NCBI GenBank assembly: GCA_051362555.1
Contig: CM120640.1
Location: 33,747,967-33,811,966 of the forward strand
From: Lingula anatina
Lineage: Eukaryota > Animalia > Brachiopoda
Length of the DNA: 64,000 nucleotides
Reading direction: 5' to 3'
This document shows positions 25,853 to 38,903 of this stretch, piece after piece. Every line of letters starts with the position of its first letter. The first letter of the stretch is position 1. The notes under the pieces were generated by a model. The model did not search any database. It saw only the letters and a program-made list of their open reading frames with translations, and was not told where the DNA came from. The translations under genes were made by a program, and so were the position numbers.

Positions 25853-26199
25853 TTAAAGCGGAATCAAAAGAGTAAAAGGACAGAGAGTTATTGAGTGTAA
25901 GTTAAGTTTCTCCAAGAGTCAACAAGTGTAGAACATGTTTTTAGTGTCAGAAAAAGATGGAAAAGATCAAAGTCAGAAACAGTTTATGTGATTGGTTAAT
26001 TTCATAACATATTCTAATTTGGATCATCTATTTATCACATGATAACTGAGTTTTGGATAAGGTCCAAGCATGAGTAATTCAAATAATATTTTAGATATCT
26101 TTAATTGAAAACAAGTCTCTTAGGGATTACCTAATAAGGAAATGTTGCATGGTGACTTGCAACATGCAAATGGAAAATATTTTGTAATCACGCAAAGAC

Positions 26200-26652
26200 A
26201 ATGGAAAAGAAAACAAGTAAATGTGTGATCAGTACGGAGAAATTGAGTATAAATATTTGTGAAGTTGTATGAAACTAGAGTCGGTGAATAAGCGTTCGAA
26301 AGCTCCAGACTGCTGTCGTCATTCCTCACTATAACAAGTGGTGGAGGAAAAATCGATCCCCACTCTACCGAGGCAAGCGGAACGGCGATACAGTTATGGT
26401 GATGACGGCAGCAGGAGCGTAGACACCGATGGGTTCACACCATCCACCCAAGGGCAAACATCGTCAGTGAAGAGAAAACTGAGTATGCTAGGTACTGAAA
26501 ATCGCCAAAAGCAACAATTAATACCCAAGCAACAATTAATAACTGAAAAAAAAATGAAGATGTTGTCATATTTGACTTTAGCGCCAAAAAAGTTTACTGG
26601 TAACGAAAATGAAGATGTAGAAAGGTGGTTAAAACAATTTGAAAACTTATAA
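26200..26652 (+). mobile_element. LTR 3' end + primer-binding site + truncated gypsy gag start
   Basis: ...ataaca (26336) followed by ag TGGTGGAG (26339-26346, complementary to a tRNA 3' end ...CUCCACCA), then a gag-like peptide PKKFTGNENEDVERWLKQFE. The left LTR boundary was not determined. Confidence 0.6.
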
Positions 26653-27973
26653 CTTTGAAGCTCATATTCATGAGTTGGTCATATAATTATGGTCTTTTGA
26701 TAAAGGGTAAAAATGTCATGTTTCATATAAGTTGAAAAGCGTGAAATCTTTTAAAAATTAATTATTATGTACCAATATTGATATTGATGACTTTTTAGCA
26801 CAGAATGGAATACTCAGTACATTTGATGACTCTCTATGGTCTATTTGCTATATTATAATGATGGTGATGAATGTGATGGAAATATAAAGGATAGGCCTAT
26901 TATCTAAAATGATCTGCATTTTTCTATGCAAATTTTTGATGTATGTTAATTGTATTGGCCGAAAGTATTCTAGATTAAAATTAAGACAATCATTACAGTT
27001 GGAAATTCAGTATATTCACTTTATTTTGTATTACTTTTATAATCTATTGGCCTTTTTTTATTATATTATGACTTTTTTCTTACATTATATATCAAAATGA
27101 CCTACTTTATGTTCTAAGGTAATAATATTCGGAATAATGATATTCGGAAAGTATTTGTGAATAACCCAAATAAGGTAAGCTAAAGTCAAATATTACAACT
27201 TGCCATGAGGAAATTATTATTATAATTATTCCTTTTTTGCATGTTGTTTAAGACTAATTGGTACTATACAAAAGGGAATTCAAAACCAGACCCAGTTGTT
27301 AGTTGCCTATATAAGTTTATTTATAAAAGTTGGTGCTGTGTTATAAGTTATTTATACATGCTGTCTATTTATACATCTAGACAAATGTCTTTTTTTTTAA
27401 TCTATTTATTGTATATGGTATATTGTACTTTATCTTATTTATATATTGCTCTTTATTACATGTAAAAATGCAAAAAAAAAAAAACAAAAAAAAAAAAACA
27501 TAAGTTTCATTTGCATAAAATTAACAAGTCAGGAGGGAGTAATTTAATCATTTTGGATAAGAATTTTTCACCAATAGGTTTTTTTTAAGCTGAATATCAA
27601 TGTTCTCCAGTATAACAATAAATGTTTCAATATCGCTATCAACCGGCTGTTTTCTTTGATATAGCTATGGTAAAAAAAATTAAAGATTACAATTTGATGT
27701 TAACATTAACAATCAGCATCATGTTTTGTCAGACCTCAAATTCACAGATATACAATTGTGTACAATAAAATCATCAGCAATAAAGTAAGCTTTACCAAGA
27801 TTATTACTGTGTATCTCAGAGACCACCTATACCATTTCTTTTAAATATCAAAACTACATTGCACAACATTACATTTAAGAACAGCCTAGAATGCATTATT
27901 GTCTTCAACTGAAATTATGCAGGATTCAATAAGTTTTGCCAAAAATCCATAAAGAACTACATGTTGATACTTT

Positions 27974-28519
27974 GAGCGGATTCTCAACGAATTAAGCCAG
28001 GCTTTACAAAGCCGGTGACCTAAAAATGGCGGACGTACATGAAAGAAAAACCGCCTAATCTTTTAATAGTCTCTCCGCCTCCCCACACGTCGTCCCTGCG
28101 GGGTACAGTAATTAAATCGCGTCTCCGTTCGCCATGCGGAAGCTACCTGAGAAATATTAAGTGCGCATGCTCATCAGTTAAACTCGTGGTGAAGAAAGCA
28201 TGGCGGCTGAAGGCGATCGAAGGAAAAAAGCTCTTCTGTTCTATTATCTTTGAAAACAGAGACGAAAAAGGAATAATTTGGCCCGTAGAGCAGCAATGAA
28301 TCGACTATCTACGGAGATAATATCACCAGAGATATTCACGGAAATATTAATGTTCGGAGCCGAGATTTAATTACTGTACCCCGCAGGGACGACGTGTGGG
28401 GAGGCGTGTGAGAGGCGGAGAGACTATTAAAAGATTAGGCGGTTTTTCTTTCATGTACGTCCGCCATTTTTAGGTCACCGGCTTTGTAAAGCCTGGCTTA
28501 ATTCGTTGAGAATGCGCTC
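27974..28519. mobile_element. MITE with ~145-bp terminal inverted repeats (PIF/Harbinger-like)
   Basis: gagcggattctcaacgaattaagccagg...cagtaattaaatc (27974-28118) is inverted at 28364-28519. Flanks ttt/tta. The element is absent at the paralogous site near 38765. Confidence 0.88.
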
Positions 28520-29444
28520 TTATACTGCTTCGTCTTCAACTTAAAAACGTACAAACAAATTAAAAACATGATATTTATGAAAAAAAGAAGAGATAAGAAA
28601 AAATCTGTATTCTTGTTCTTGGATATATCACACATTAAAAGAAGAAATAAAAATATCTGTATTCTTGTTATTGGATATATGCAAGGTCAACTAACAGTGC
28701 TAAAAATGTGAAATCACCCATCAATAATATGGTCTGCTGTGAAACAGTCATAATTTATCCATCCAGACCTAGATGCGCTTGTTACTCTAAACACTGAAGC
28801 ATTTTAGTCACTTTATTTATATGTTTAAACAAAGGCAAAAATATATCTATGCAAAGAAAGTAAGAGATACTAACATTAAAAAAAAAATCCTAATTCTTGT
28901 TCTTGAATAAATCACACTAATCTAGCATTAAAATTTGCCATCTTTGGTGTGTTTACATTCATTGATATTAGGTATAAAATATGACCCAAGGAATTTCCAA
29001 GATATAAAGCTTTTTTTTTTTTTTTTGCTAAATAGGTAGGTATTTTCCACCAGATTTACCTGCCAAAATAACATGAAATGTATATAATATGAAGGATATA
29101 AATATGACAAGGAATTTTCAAACATGTAGAGAGTACATATAAAGCCTCTATCACAGTAGGCCACTCACGGCCTTGAGGCTTGTTTGTGTCCAAATTTTGC
29201 ACAGAATCTCACATGTCGCACAAGTTCTTCTTGTAAAATTTGGAGTTCACAGACAGCCCATAAGCATGCAGAGAGGATACTGGACATGTCCAAAAGATTC
29301 TATAAATAATCTACGAACAACAAAGCTGCAAGCTTAATTTAGAGTATTTGGGCAAAGTCAAGAAAACTTTGTGGTCCATGATGTTGTTTATGTTGCTTTG
29401 CATGGTGGCATGCCAGAAAATTCAGCTGATTACATACACTCTAT

Positions 29445-30302
29445 TTCCATAGATTTTTAGATCGATCTATCCCTGTGGGGAGTCTCACTAGATTACTGTC
29501 AGCTTGGCCGGCTTAAGCGTCTGTCCCGCCTGCTAAAAGATGTAAGGGGGTAATTAAATCAATAATAACTCTTCCTTTGAGATTAAAAAATCCGCAAGAA
29601 ATACATTGTAAACAACGCATGGAAATATATTCTATTGCATTTTACCACTAAAACGGCCGTTATCGTAGTAAAACTAAAATCTGTGCTTGTCAGTAGGGCT
29701 TTCGATGCCTTTCTTCCCGGTCATCAAGGCATTCGTTGCCAATGACGTTTGGGTGTCACGCGGATTCTCGCGTTCATTCGAGACCAAAATAACATATGGC
29801 GCCAAACGCTAGTGCAGTCCGCAGACGTAAGTTGCGAGTTTTTGTACAGTGCGTCGGATAACGAACAGCCCAGAATGGCACACATTGTCGATATAAATGC
29901 ATTTTTAACAAAAAGACGAATATATATCATGAATCTTATATTATTGTTATATAGTGTTGTTGTTGTCTGCTTTTTCCGCGGTTTCAAGTAGGTCACCAGT
30001 GACTATGCAATGTCAGAGAGAGCTCCGTCAGTTAAAATCTCTTAAGAGATTTTAACAAAAAACCGTACGTTTAGGAAAAAAACCCTGGATTAACTTTGAA
30101 TGCAGGAATGGGGTTGTTGACCATTGGTAAGTACGGGAAAATTGCCGTTTTTTTCCAGGAAAATCCAATTTTTGGCCAAAACAAAGAGTTATTATGACTT
30201 TAACTATGGTGTCTGCTCAGCTGACTGCAATTTAGCCTGAACCCCCAGGGAGTTAGGTAGATCTAAAACTTAATCTTTAGATCGATCTAAATCTCTAGGA
30301 AA
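29445..30302. mobile_element. 'TAGATCGATCTA' MITE interrupted by a nested element (~29562-30194)
   Basis: Left and right halves match the compact copy at 36988-37185. The nested insert is bounded by inverted ataataactctt / aagagttattat. Confidence 0.75.
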
Positions 30303-30399
30303 GCACCCATAGACTTTGCTGTAGCCAAGTGTTCATCTAGCCACGCCCTTAGACTTGACCTCCTACATTTTTTCAAACCCTTCATTTCAAAGAGAATAG

Positions 30400-33300
30400 C
30401 TATCCCCCACATCCCCCACAACCCCCACATGCCCCACACCCACCACACCCACCACAGCCCCCACACCCTCCACACCCTCCACAAGCCCCACCTTCCTCTC
30501 TCCCACAACAGCCAGCACACCTCCCACTGTTAACATGGTTCTTGATATAGGGGTTGCAAGGGGTTGTAGTCAAGAAACCCGCAGAAACCAGAAAAGATAG
30601 ATCCTGGTACTTCATGTTTTTAAGTTTGGCTTTTTCTGGTGGTCGAATATCCTGTGAATGTAATGCACGCCTTAGGTAGGGACGGGGTTGGCACATCACG
30701 TGAAGCATGGACACAGAAAAAGCTAGTGCCAGGTGCTCAGCAACATCTTTAGTCCCTGCACTGATCATGATCTGACTGTTCTCCATGTTTACTCTGACAT
30801 CTCTAACCCTGAAATCAAAAGTTCCAGAAGATGGGACTCGGATAACCGGTGGCGGATTCTTCTGGCCATGGACCAAATCATAGCACATGACCGTCAGGTG
30901 ACCTGTTTTCCCACGGCGACCAGGAGTGCCCCTCACACCAGGAATGCCTGGCTCACCAGGGACACCTAAGGTAAAATAATTCAGACATTGCATAACGTGC
31001 AAAATAAACAAGTTGCTGCTGACAGGATTTGGTCCATGAATAGGGAAACAATAGTAAACAACTGGTCATATTTATGGCTTTTCCCAGACGAAAAATTTTG
31101 ACATCTCTTGTGAATACCATGACATATTGTGTACCTGAAGATTTAATGTTAAAAGAATAACCCTTACTTGTGATATGTCAGTATAATATCATGGTATTCT
31201 TTATAAAACCCAAAAACCGTTTCACTTTTTAGAAGTATAAACTGTATTGCCTGGTGCTGCCACCTACCACGTACTCCTGGAATTCCTTTCACATAACCCT
31301 CCCACTTCCCTTTCACTATGGCCCAGTCTCCGCGTGCATTCTTGATCTGAATTGCCCTCTCAGCATTGTCTGTATTCAGAATACAACACCCACTTTTACC
31401 ACTTTCCAACTGGAAAACAGAACTGACAAACTTGACAAAAGATAATAGTTGAGAAATGAAATTCATAATTAATAAATTACAATAAATCCCACTAATATAC
31501 AATGTTTAAATAATAATAATTTTATTTGCTTGCAATATCTGCAGTTAGAAAAATGTTTGCAAATATCTCCAATCTGTCTCACATACATGAAAACTTGGAA
31601 AACATTTTCCCTAGTAATTAATTTAACTACTCCAAACTGAAAATACCCTATGGGACCCTCCTAGTCCCCCTGACCTTTCCTTCAACTAGTAACTGAACTG
31701 TTAACTTCTATCCCGCTGACCTGTAATTTGTCTGGTAACTGGTCGGTGTCAATGAGGTGACCCAAAGCGACCATTTTGTTCTCATAGAATACCTGCACTG
31801 CAGACATCAACAGTGATTCACAGTGAATTATACGACAAATGAAGCACAGTTTCTCAATGTGATTGAATATCCTGAATTAAAAATATATCAATATGACAGA
31901 AACATTACTAAATGCTGATAAAAAAACTGAAATTGTAATTTACTGTCAATACCGTGCAAACAAACAATTAGTGAGAATACTTGTACCAATACAGTGCATT
32001 GACTTTCAATTTAAAAAAAATCAGAAAATAAAACATAATAAACAACTAGGATCTGAGTTAGTAGTTAAAGAGATAACAACTGTTCTTTTTGGCTAAAAAA
32101 GTAATTTTCCTGGGATTAAGGACAATTTTCCCATACTTGCCAATGGTTAGTGAATCCATTTCCACATTCAAAGTTAGTCCCCGTTTTTTCTAAAAAGTTT
32201 GGTTTTTGTCATATTCTGTTTAGTGATTATTACAGAGTGTATAGCCATCTATGGAGGTCACATGACGTAATGGCAAGCACAAATTCCAGACTTATTGCAT
32301 TAACAGCCATTTTGGTGTTTAAATATAATTATGTACAGACACAGATGTGTCTGTACATATAGCTATCATCTGCGTCTGTCATCGCCGCCGTCGTCGCCGT
32401 CGTCGCCGTGCACTTTTACCGATAACACGATAAGTGGAAAACCATTTTACCTTTTGACATGAAACTTGCAGAACTGATGAATATTCATAATACGCAGGTC
32501 AAGTTCGAAAATCAGCATGATCGGGTCACTTTTAGGGAATTTATGCTGTTTTTTCACTTTTTTCAGCATATATGCAGCACCGATAACACGATAAGTGGAA
32601 AACCATTTTACCTTTTGCCTTGAAACTTACAGAACTGATGAATATTCATAATACACAGGTCAAGTTCGAAAATCAGCATGATCGGGTCACTTTTAGGGAA
32701 TTTATGCTGTTTTTTCACTTTTTTCAGCATATATGCAGCACCGATAACACGATAAGTGGAAAACCATTTTACCTTTTGACTTGAAACTTACAGAACTGAT
32801 GAATATTCATAATACGCAGGTCAAGTTCGCAAATCAGCATGATTGGGCCATTTTTAGGGAATTTATGCTGTTTTTTCACTATTTTCAATATAAATACAAC
32901 ACTGATAACACAATATAAGAAAAACGGATTGGCCAATTGTAATCATACTCACAGGAGTGGTCAATCTTACTAAAACGCAGGTTGAGTTCCAAAATCAGCA
33001 TAATCAGGCCATTATTTTAGAAGTTATACTGTTTTTCACATTTCCTCAGATTCAATTATTAGGCATGTTAACAGTCTCATTATTTAACTAATAAGATGCC
33101 TAAAAGTGTTTGTTTGATATTTCCTGCATCTTTACAACATTGTTAGTTGATTATGTAAAAAACATGGTAAACTTGTTATCATGTATTGTGTAATAAAGTG
33201 TCAAAAATGGAAATAAACTCATATCATTGCAGTTTGTCAGATTCAATCATCCACTATGTTCAGAATCTCAGAATGGAGGAAATTGGACATTTAACACTGT

Positions 33301-35763
33301 TCTATTGATACTTTTCCCATCTCATCAATTTTCTTAGTTGGTCATATAAAATGGCAGTAAAATGTTTATTTTGTTTTATGTTAAAAAAGTGTTAAAAATG
33401 GAAATAAACCCATTTCAGAACAGTGCTGTCTTGTTTACATTTTGGCATTTTCAAGGCGTGACTTTGAAGTTCCATGGGCCTGAAGACCTTTGCTAGTCAC
33501 ATTTTCTGAATATCTGTGAAACAAATATTTTATAATTAAAAATTGATGGTCATTAAGCTGTTAAACATTATGTAATATTGCATCAAAATTTGAAGAAACC
33601 CCTATTTTGGGCACTGCTTCCATGATGACCATTTAAGGAAAATCATGTCACTTACTGTTCTCAAACTTACAGGAAAGAAACATGGGACTAAAATACAGCT
33701 TCAGTAGGCAATGCAGTCTGTTTGGTATTTTTATTTATTTATTTATTTATTTTGGCAGTTAAACAGTTTTTTGTGAAAATTTAATTTTTCACATATTGGC
33801 ATTTTCAAGGTGTGACTTTAAAGTTCCATGATCTTGAAGACTTTTGCTTGTCACATTTTCTGAATGTCCATGTTACTAATATTTTATTAATAACATTTGA
33901 TTGTCATTATGCTGTTAAACATTATGTAATGTTGCATCAAAATTTGAAGAAACCCCTATTTTGGGCACTGCTCCTATGATGACCATTTAAGGGAAATCAT
34001 GTCACTTACTGTTCTCAAACTTACAGGAAAGAAACATGGGTCTAACATACAGCTTCAATAGGCAACGCAGTCTGTTTGGTAAATTTTTCTGGCAATTTAA
34101 CAGTTTTTTGTGAAAATTTAATTTTTCACTTATTTGCATCTTTATTTTCTGTTCTTTGTCTGTACATTTGACAGCTTTGCTGCCTTGTTTTTTATATTTC
34201 TATGAGTTGTTTACAATGTACGTATTTATTTTTAAAAATGGATATCTTACTAACAGTTGTTATCCCGTTAAAACCAATCAAGTATGAAAATTGAAGTGGA
34301 CACTATGCTTCATCTCACCTATGTGATGCCACCACACATGCATTCTTTACACCAGAGGGCAGTAAAGTCAGTGGTGTGGGACCCCACATGGACTCGAGGT
34401 TCTCTGGCATCACAGCCTTAACAAATTTGTCAGCCACTACATGTAGGATAGCTGGGCCTCGCTGGAGCTGACCAATGTGCATCTTAAGCTGGACGTTCAA
34501 CTCTTCTGGAAACCTAACAGTCAGAGAAAAATGGTGGTACTTCCCTAGGTGCTCCTCTACAAGATATGCCAGAAGGTGCTGACTGAGCCCAATCTCCTCC
34601 CCACCACAGCCACACCATGTCCTTGTTGTGTCAATGGCCTGGAGAATAAGGTATGGGTGCTTCCCTGTGTCATAGAAAAAACGCTTCCCCTTAAAGCTGC
34701 CAGATGGTATTTTAAATGACACAATGTGCTTGCATGCTCTCTTGAAGACCTTTTTTGAGGGTCCAAGGGGTAAAGAAAGCTTACAGAGGAAAATTTTGAC
34801 TTTCCCTTCTCTGGTGCTAGGTGGTACGTTGATGGCATCTGCCTTTGTGATGGTGACATGAGTGTGTTTGGAGGTGATACTGCTGACCTGTGCAGTCGTC
34901 ATGGCAACAATCTTCCCCTCTGGTGGAGAACCACGGAACATACATCCAGGTTGTGCAATGCTTACACCATATAAAGCCTGCCAAAGTCTTCGTGTCAGTT
35001 TATTTGCTCTGTCAAGCTTGGATCCCTCGCTGCGATCATTTACAGTATCATCATGGTTTAGCATTTTTCTCAATATGTTGACTGTGTCTATTTGGTAGAT
35101 GTTTGGATGTACCTGGTGTGCATGCCAGACAAGGTCAATGTCATAGCAGGGGACAAGAAAGACATAAGGATTTTGTTGTTTCAAATACAAATACATTTTG
35201 TAACGCTGAACAGCCTTCTCTAAGAAGGTCCAGGATCTATAATGGGGGAGGGATACCTGATAATAGAACACACTCTGCCTTTCAATGGCTGCCTCTAAAT
35301 TGTAAGAACATTTTGTTTGGTAATCATAGGATGGTGAAATATCATCTGTCAAGTCCACCACAAATGGGACATCTGGACCATATTCCTGTATCCAGAAACC
35401 TTTAGTCTTCAGCAAACAATCACTTCTCTCTTGGTCACTGAGCAGATGATGGTGTATGACTGAGTTTACAAGTGCCATGCAATCCTCTCTGTATTTGAGT
35501 GGGGACAGCATGTGGCAGTGCCATACCCAGGCAACATCAAGAGGAGCGGCAATCTTTTGGCCTTTGAGCCTTGCAGCAAGTGGCAACCATAATTCCTCAT
35601 ATCGCTGAATGGCACGTCTGACTACAGGCCCGCCATATAAGTTTGGGAACTGGTTCACACGAGCCAGAAAATCAAGTTCAAGCAGAGCAGCTGCCTCCGC
35701 GTCAATCCCCAGCTTAAGACTTTGTGCCTTGGCTATTGCATCTCTATACTTCTGCAATGGCAT
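30400..35763 (-). CDS. Glycine-rich domain-containing protein (GRDP/DUF1399-like), copy A, 767 aa, 4 exons
   Basis: Exons 34319-35763, 31721-31871, 31268-31409, 30400-30965 (2304 nt, GT-AG, in frame). DUF1399 motifs AIQRYEELWLPL, PLDVAWVWHCHMLSP.KY..DC, AVQRYKMYLYL, LVPCYDIDLVWHAHQVHP, HDDTVNDRSEGSKL. Gly-X-Y run and C-terminal (CGG)n tail. Confidence 0.9.
32330..34193 (+). mobile_element. Helentron-associated non-autonomous element (HINE-like) with internal tandem repeats, in intron 1 of GRDP copy A
   Basis: 5' palindrome tgtacagacac-agat-gtgtctgtaca (32332-32357), then a (cgc/cgt)n microsatellite. 161-bp tandem units at 32419, 32580, 32741 and a degenerate one at 32902. Two ~355-bp units at 33441 and 33796. 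3' subterminal gtctgtaca (34158), short hairpin cagc-ttt-gctg and T-run. Absent from the ~250-bp paralogous intron of copy B. Confidence 0.8.
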
Positions 35764-36987
35764 CTCAAGTCAATAGAAATTTTACTGGCCTAGAGCTAGA
35801 ATGCAGTCAATAATTGATTAAAATAACCATGTACCAATGCCTGAACTCTATGCATTAATAACACGAATGGAAGCTTCTTTTATCAATCTTTTAAAACCGA
35901 ACAAACGATGTACACAAATATACATGTTGGCATACTAGTACTTATATCTATAAGATAAAGTGGCCATTCAAAATGAGGAGAGCCCAGTGCTAGCTAGGCC
36001 GCAACCTTAATATGGTGGACATACATGAAAGGAAGACTGCTTAAACCTTGTAATGGTCTCCCCATGCATCAGTAATCATTCAATTTTTTCAATGGGGAAA
36101 AATTGTGAATTTTACAGATAAAGCATTTTTAAGTTATAACTTTCTTAAAATTAGAACAAAATTAAAAATCAAACTCTAAACTCACAAAGATGAAGAGACC
36201 CTAAGTGTACATTAATTCCCATCACAATATATACTGCTCAAAAAGTGAGGGAACACTTACATGTACATGTACAAAAGCAGATATTAAAAAAGAATGTTCC
36301 TGTTCATGAAACAAGCTCAAACATTGCTTTCTTGAATCGTGCATTGTGCTGGACTTTACTATCATGTATCATAATGCAAATTGGCCTAAAAAGGAATGGG
36401 GGAGGATCAAAGTTTATGTTTAAAGTACTTAGGATGCCTTCATTATCATGTGTATCCACTGCTAGAAACCATGCTTTGCAACACCTCTCCGACTCTTTGC
36501 CAAACTTTCTGCAAGTCAATGACTTTTCCCAGATTTCCTGGGGTTTAGGATCAAGATATTTTTTAACATTTTGACTAGGTACACTGTATTGCAATGAGTT
36601 TCACACCTATATGCAAATACACCAACACAGTCCAAAAACAAAAGTCTTCCAAGTTGAGGTTATACATGTATGTGACCTAATCCCAAGGTCTTATATATAT
36701 ATATATATATATAGTCTATGAAGAGATGTACCACTGGGATGGCACAGCCAGAAGACGTATCGGTCTTGGCAAAAGCCACGTATAACCCCAGTGCGCACTC
36801 TGGTGGTACAATTAACAGAATATTCCAAAAAGATATTAAAGAACAGATGAAGACATTACAAAACTTACCCATGTTACAGTCCGGATAGTAATGCTGGCAA
36901 TAATGAAGAAGAGATTTGGAATTATACTTGGAAGTCTAATTATCATGCCCATGTACTGCTTTTATAATACATTACTAAGGCTGTATT

Positions 36988-37185
36988 CCCAGAGCTTTTA
37001 GATCGATCTATCCTCGCAGGGAGTCTCACTAGATTACTGTCAGAGAATCCGGCTCAAATGTCCGTCCTGCCTACTACGAGCCGTAAGAGGGTAATTAACC
37101 TTTGTGTCCGCCCGGCTGACAGCTATTTAGCGTGAACCCCCAGGGAGTTAGGTCAATCTAAAGTAGATCGATCTAATCTCTGGAA
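36988..37185. mobile_element. Compact 'TAGATCGATCTA' MITE
   Basis: Ends ccagagctttagatcgatcta ... tagatcgatctaatctctgg. Homologous to the two halves of 29445-30302. Confidence 0.75.
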
Positions 37186-38191
37186 ATGGGGTCTAACATG
37201 TAATATCAAGTCTTAAATATGACCTTTAAGCATAAGAATACACTTCAAGGTCAGATATGATTATTCTATGTATGTGAATTCCCATTCAACCTCAGTGGTA
37301 ACTAGGGGTTTCTGTTATGATTCAGAGTTATCTGACTTTAAAATATGTCAAGAAGGATTTAAGCAACATACTTAGTCTCATATATTGTATTGTTTGTCTA
37401 ATATAAGGCTGATTTTAGAAATGAAGAATGTGTCATTTTCACATGAAAAGATATATATGATTTAGACTTAGTGCAAAATGATAAAGTGTGCATTTTGGGC
37501 CATGAGTTACCCCCAGTAGTTTTGGTGGTTAGCTCTGTGTTCTTGAAAGGCAAACCTGCAAAGCAAAATATGTTAAAAACACAAAGCTCTTGAGAACTCC
37601 AAAAATATATTATACAAATCCAGTACATTTTTTTTATCAAGATGAGGCTTTTACTTCTACTAAGTACCTCTGCAAGTTTAATAAGTAAAATGGTCTTCCT
37701 TTCATTGTACTATCAAATAAGACCAAGTACCAGTGCAGTGACACCGTTGCATTGTTTGAATTTTGTTAGGTGCCTCACAACATCGTTACATTTATAACCA
37801 TGGTAACCCTATTATAATGATACAGTGTGTAGTGGGGGTCTAAACCTTTCCAAAAGGTTTATTATGGCGCTTTTTCTCCCCACCTTTATGTTTAAAGGAA
37901 ATGACACCATATTATATACACAATAGGAATCAATTATATTACCTGTTAGGTTAAAAAAATATAAAGGAGTTTTTCATCTCTGGTAAAGTGCATTTACCCA
38001 AACAAGGTTGGGAATTAGAACAATGAGTTAACACCCAATTGTATTAACACAGAATAGGAATTGACTCCAAAGTCCCAAAAGCTGAAATAACCATAAAACA
38101 GAGCAAAAATCCTCATCTTTTTATTTTTCCTCAAAAATCCGTAGCTGTTATAAATACAGTGGTGGATTTAGAGGGAGGTCAGGGGGTCCTG

Positions 38192-38222
<31 letters not shown>

Positions 38223-38841
38223 ACCATCGGTTTCTAAAAAATATGTCACACCAATGTTCCTCCCCTGAAATCAGAATTATGACTAGCTAAATCATAGTTC
38301 TAAACCATACCAAAGGCCACTGCTTGCTCTCCCTCCTTCAAAATGACCTACATGTACTTTATGTTCTAAGGTAATGAATGAAATTTTGTGAAAAGCCTGA
38401 ATGAGGTTAGCTTAAGTCAAATATTACAACTTGCAGTGAGGAATTTTTATTATTATTATTTCTGCATGTTGTATATTATTAATTAAGAGTAATCGGTAGT
38501 GTACAAAAGGGAATTCAAAACCAGATCCATTTGCATGTACAATAAGAACAAATGATACAGAGACATAAAATCTTTATTGATAAAGTAAGCTTTACCAAGA
38601 TTATAACAGTATGTATCACCAGAGACCACTTATACCATTTCTTTTAAATATCAATTGTACAACATTACATTTAGGGACAGCCAAGAATGCACTGCTGTTT
38701 TCAACTGATATTATTCAGGATTCAATAAGTTTTGCCAAAAATCCATGAGGAACTACATGTTGATGCTTTTACTGCTTTTAACATTTGTGAACATTTAGTT
38801 GCTTCACCTGTAAGTTATGAATGTACAAACAAATAAAAAAG

Positions 38842-38843
<2 letters not shown>

Positions 38844-38897
<54 letters not shown>
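38844..38897. repeat. (TA)n microsatellite
   Basis: Direct TA run. Confidence 0.95.

Positions 38898-38899
<2 letters not shown>

Positions 38900-38903
<4 letters not shown>

Larger units (their letters stand above)
27095..37800. repeat. Tandem segmental duplication, unit A (GRDP-like gene A and flanks)
   Basis: aaatgaccta..ctttatgttctaaggtaat at 27095 matches 38341. 27780-27970 matches 38580-38765, 36180-36300 matches 44460-44565, and 37650-37760 matches 44760-44865. Confidence 0.85.

Noticed and set aside
28039-28299. 86-aa ORF inside the long-TIR element as a transposase remnant
   Set aside because: It starts within the TIR, has no DDE-like motif and is too short.
30382-30402. TAG-CTA stop context in both GRDP copies as possible readthrough
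   Set aside because: The extension would be only LFSLK / LFFLK with no recognisable targeting signal, and the similarity is explained by recent duplication.
30287-30520. Trp-rich ORFs (also 40472..40660) resembling antimicrobial peptides
   Set aside because: They are alternative frames of the Cys-Gly-Gly repeat; the periodic W follows directly from TGT-GG codons.
32419-33050. Regular repeats as a CRISPR array
   Set aside because: The units are full 161-bp tandem copies without unique spacers, the context is eukaryotic, and there are no cas genes.
34557-35405. Overlapping alternative-frame and antisense ORFs conserved in both GRDP copies
   Set aside because: Their conservation simply reflects near-identical DNA between the paralogs.
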